From Lachnospiraceae bacterium (GTDB lineage Bacteria > Bacillota > Clostridia > Lachnospirales > Lachnospiraceae), in NCBI GenBank assembly GCA_016281555.1, contig JAEEIV010000032.1, positions 311-64,310 of the forward strand: DNA of 64,000 nt. Reading direction: 5' to 3'. The notes beneath the pieces are model-generated. The model made no database searches and was not told where the DNA came from. It saw only the letters and a program-made list of their open reading frames with translations. Position numbers and translations under genes: made by a program. Each line of letters begins with the position of its first letter. The first letter of the stretch is position 1. Below, piece by piece: positions 63,673-64,000 of the stretch.

Positions 63673-64000
63673 ATGATTCGTGCACAAGTACTTATCTGCG
63701 GCGGCACCGGCTGCACTTCTTCCGGAAGCAAACAGATCCAGGAAGAGTTCAAGACGCAGATCGAGAAGAACGGTCTTCAGGATGAGATCAAGATCGTTCA
63801 GACCGGCTGCTTCGGCCTTTGCGCTCTGGGTCCGGTCGTCATCGTCTATCCGGACGGCACGTTCTACAGCCGCGTGACTGTGGAGAACGTGAAGGAGATC
63901 GTGGAAGAGCATCTTCTGAAGGGCCGTATCGTCGAGCACCTCGTCTACAATGACAAGGCCGTGACGGAGAAGGTCGAGGAAGAGATCCACACCGGACTGA
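63673..64000 (+). CDS. NuoF-like NAD(P)H-binding subunit (HydB/HndC type), N-terminal part, runs off the window
   Basis: My translation from the ATG at 63673 (RBS GGAGGAG) is MIRAQVLICGGTGCTSSGSKQI..IVQTGCFGLCALGPVVIVYPDGTFYSRV..EHLLKGRIV. This is the N-terminal thioredoxin-like 2Fe-2S domain typical of HydB. There is no stop before 64000. Confidence 0.85.
   Translation, partial: MIRAQVLICGGTGCTSSGSKQIQEEFKTQIEKNGLQDEIKIVQTGCFGLCALGPVVIVYPDGTFYSRVTVENVKEIVEEHLLKGRIVEHLVYNDKAVTEKVEEEIHTGL

Noticed and set aside
1-64000. Search for mobile elements, prophage, defence islands, CRISPR arrays and tRNA/rRNA genes
   Set aside because: I recognised no transposase, integrase, recombinase, restriction-modification, toxin-antitoxin or Cas-like motifs. 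No intergenic region is long enough or structured enough to suggest an RNA gene. Absence is judged by eye only and should be confirmed with tRNAscan, Infernal and defence-system HMMs.

Overview
GC-rich, densely coding chromosomal segment with Firmicutes/Clostridia-type gene content (cdaA-cdaR, scpAB, LCP, DegV, hydABC-type hydrogenase). I saw no rRNA, tRNA, CRISPR array, transposase, integrase or phage genes, and most long antisense ORFs in the track look like GC-rich shadow ORFs. Left to right: Na+-translocating decarboxylase genes, with the beta subunit broken by an in-frame TAA; two unknown membrane proteins plus cdaA-cdaR; an ABC-transporter-dependent cell-wall glycopolymer cluster (GT2, rmlC, Wzm/Wzt-like, GT2, priming transferase, LCP); htrA; a minus-strand nucleoside salvage cluster (udk, pdp, a deoB-cdd fusion, deoD, deoC, tdk); a clan GH-A hydrolase plus CapA-like gene; mutY-TPR-phosphoesterase-scpA-scpB-yfcE; comM-dprA; two neutral-ceramidase-like paralogues; a 9.7-kb gene for a 3,233-aa membrane-anchored beta-helix protein; ThrE-type exporter genes; tsaC-rpiB-comEB and atpZ/atpI-like remnants; degV; a second CapA-like/GH pair; DUF885, PaaI and NUDIX genes; a COG0523 GTPase pair carrying an extreme His/Asp tract; and the 5' part of a hydABC-type [FeFe]-hydrogenase operon. 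The best candidates for undescribed biology are (i) the giant modular surface protein with unassigned N-terminal repeats and recurring Cys/His + CLNGH module-start motifs, and (ii) seven genes inserted between the nuoE-like and nuoF-like hydrogenase genes (2x DRTGG, 2x GHKL ATPase, a HydA-like sensor-type protein, PHP, 2Fe-2S), preceded by a Rex-like operator. All calls rest on reading motifs by eye; no database search was run.
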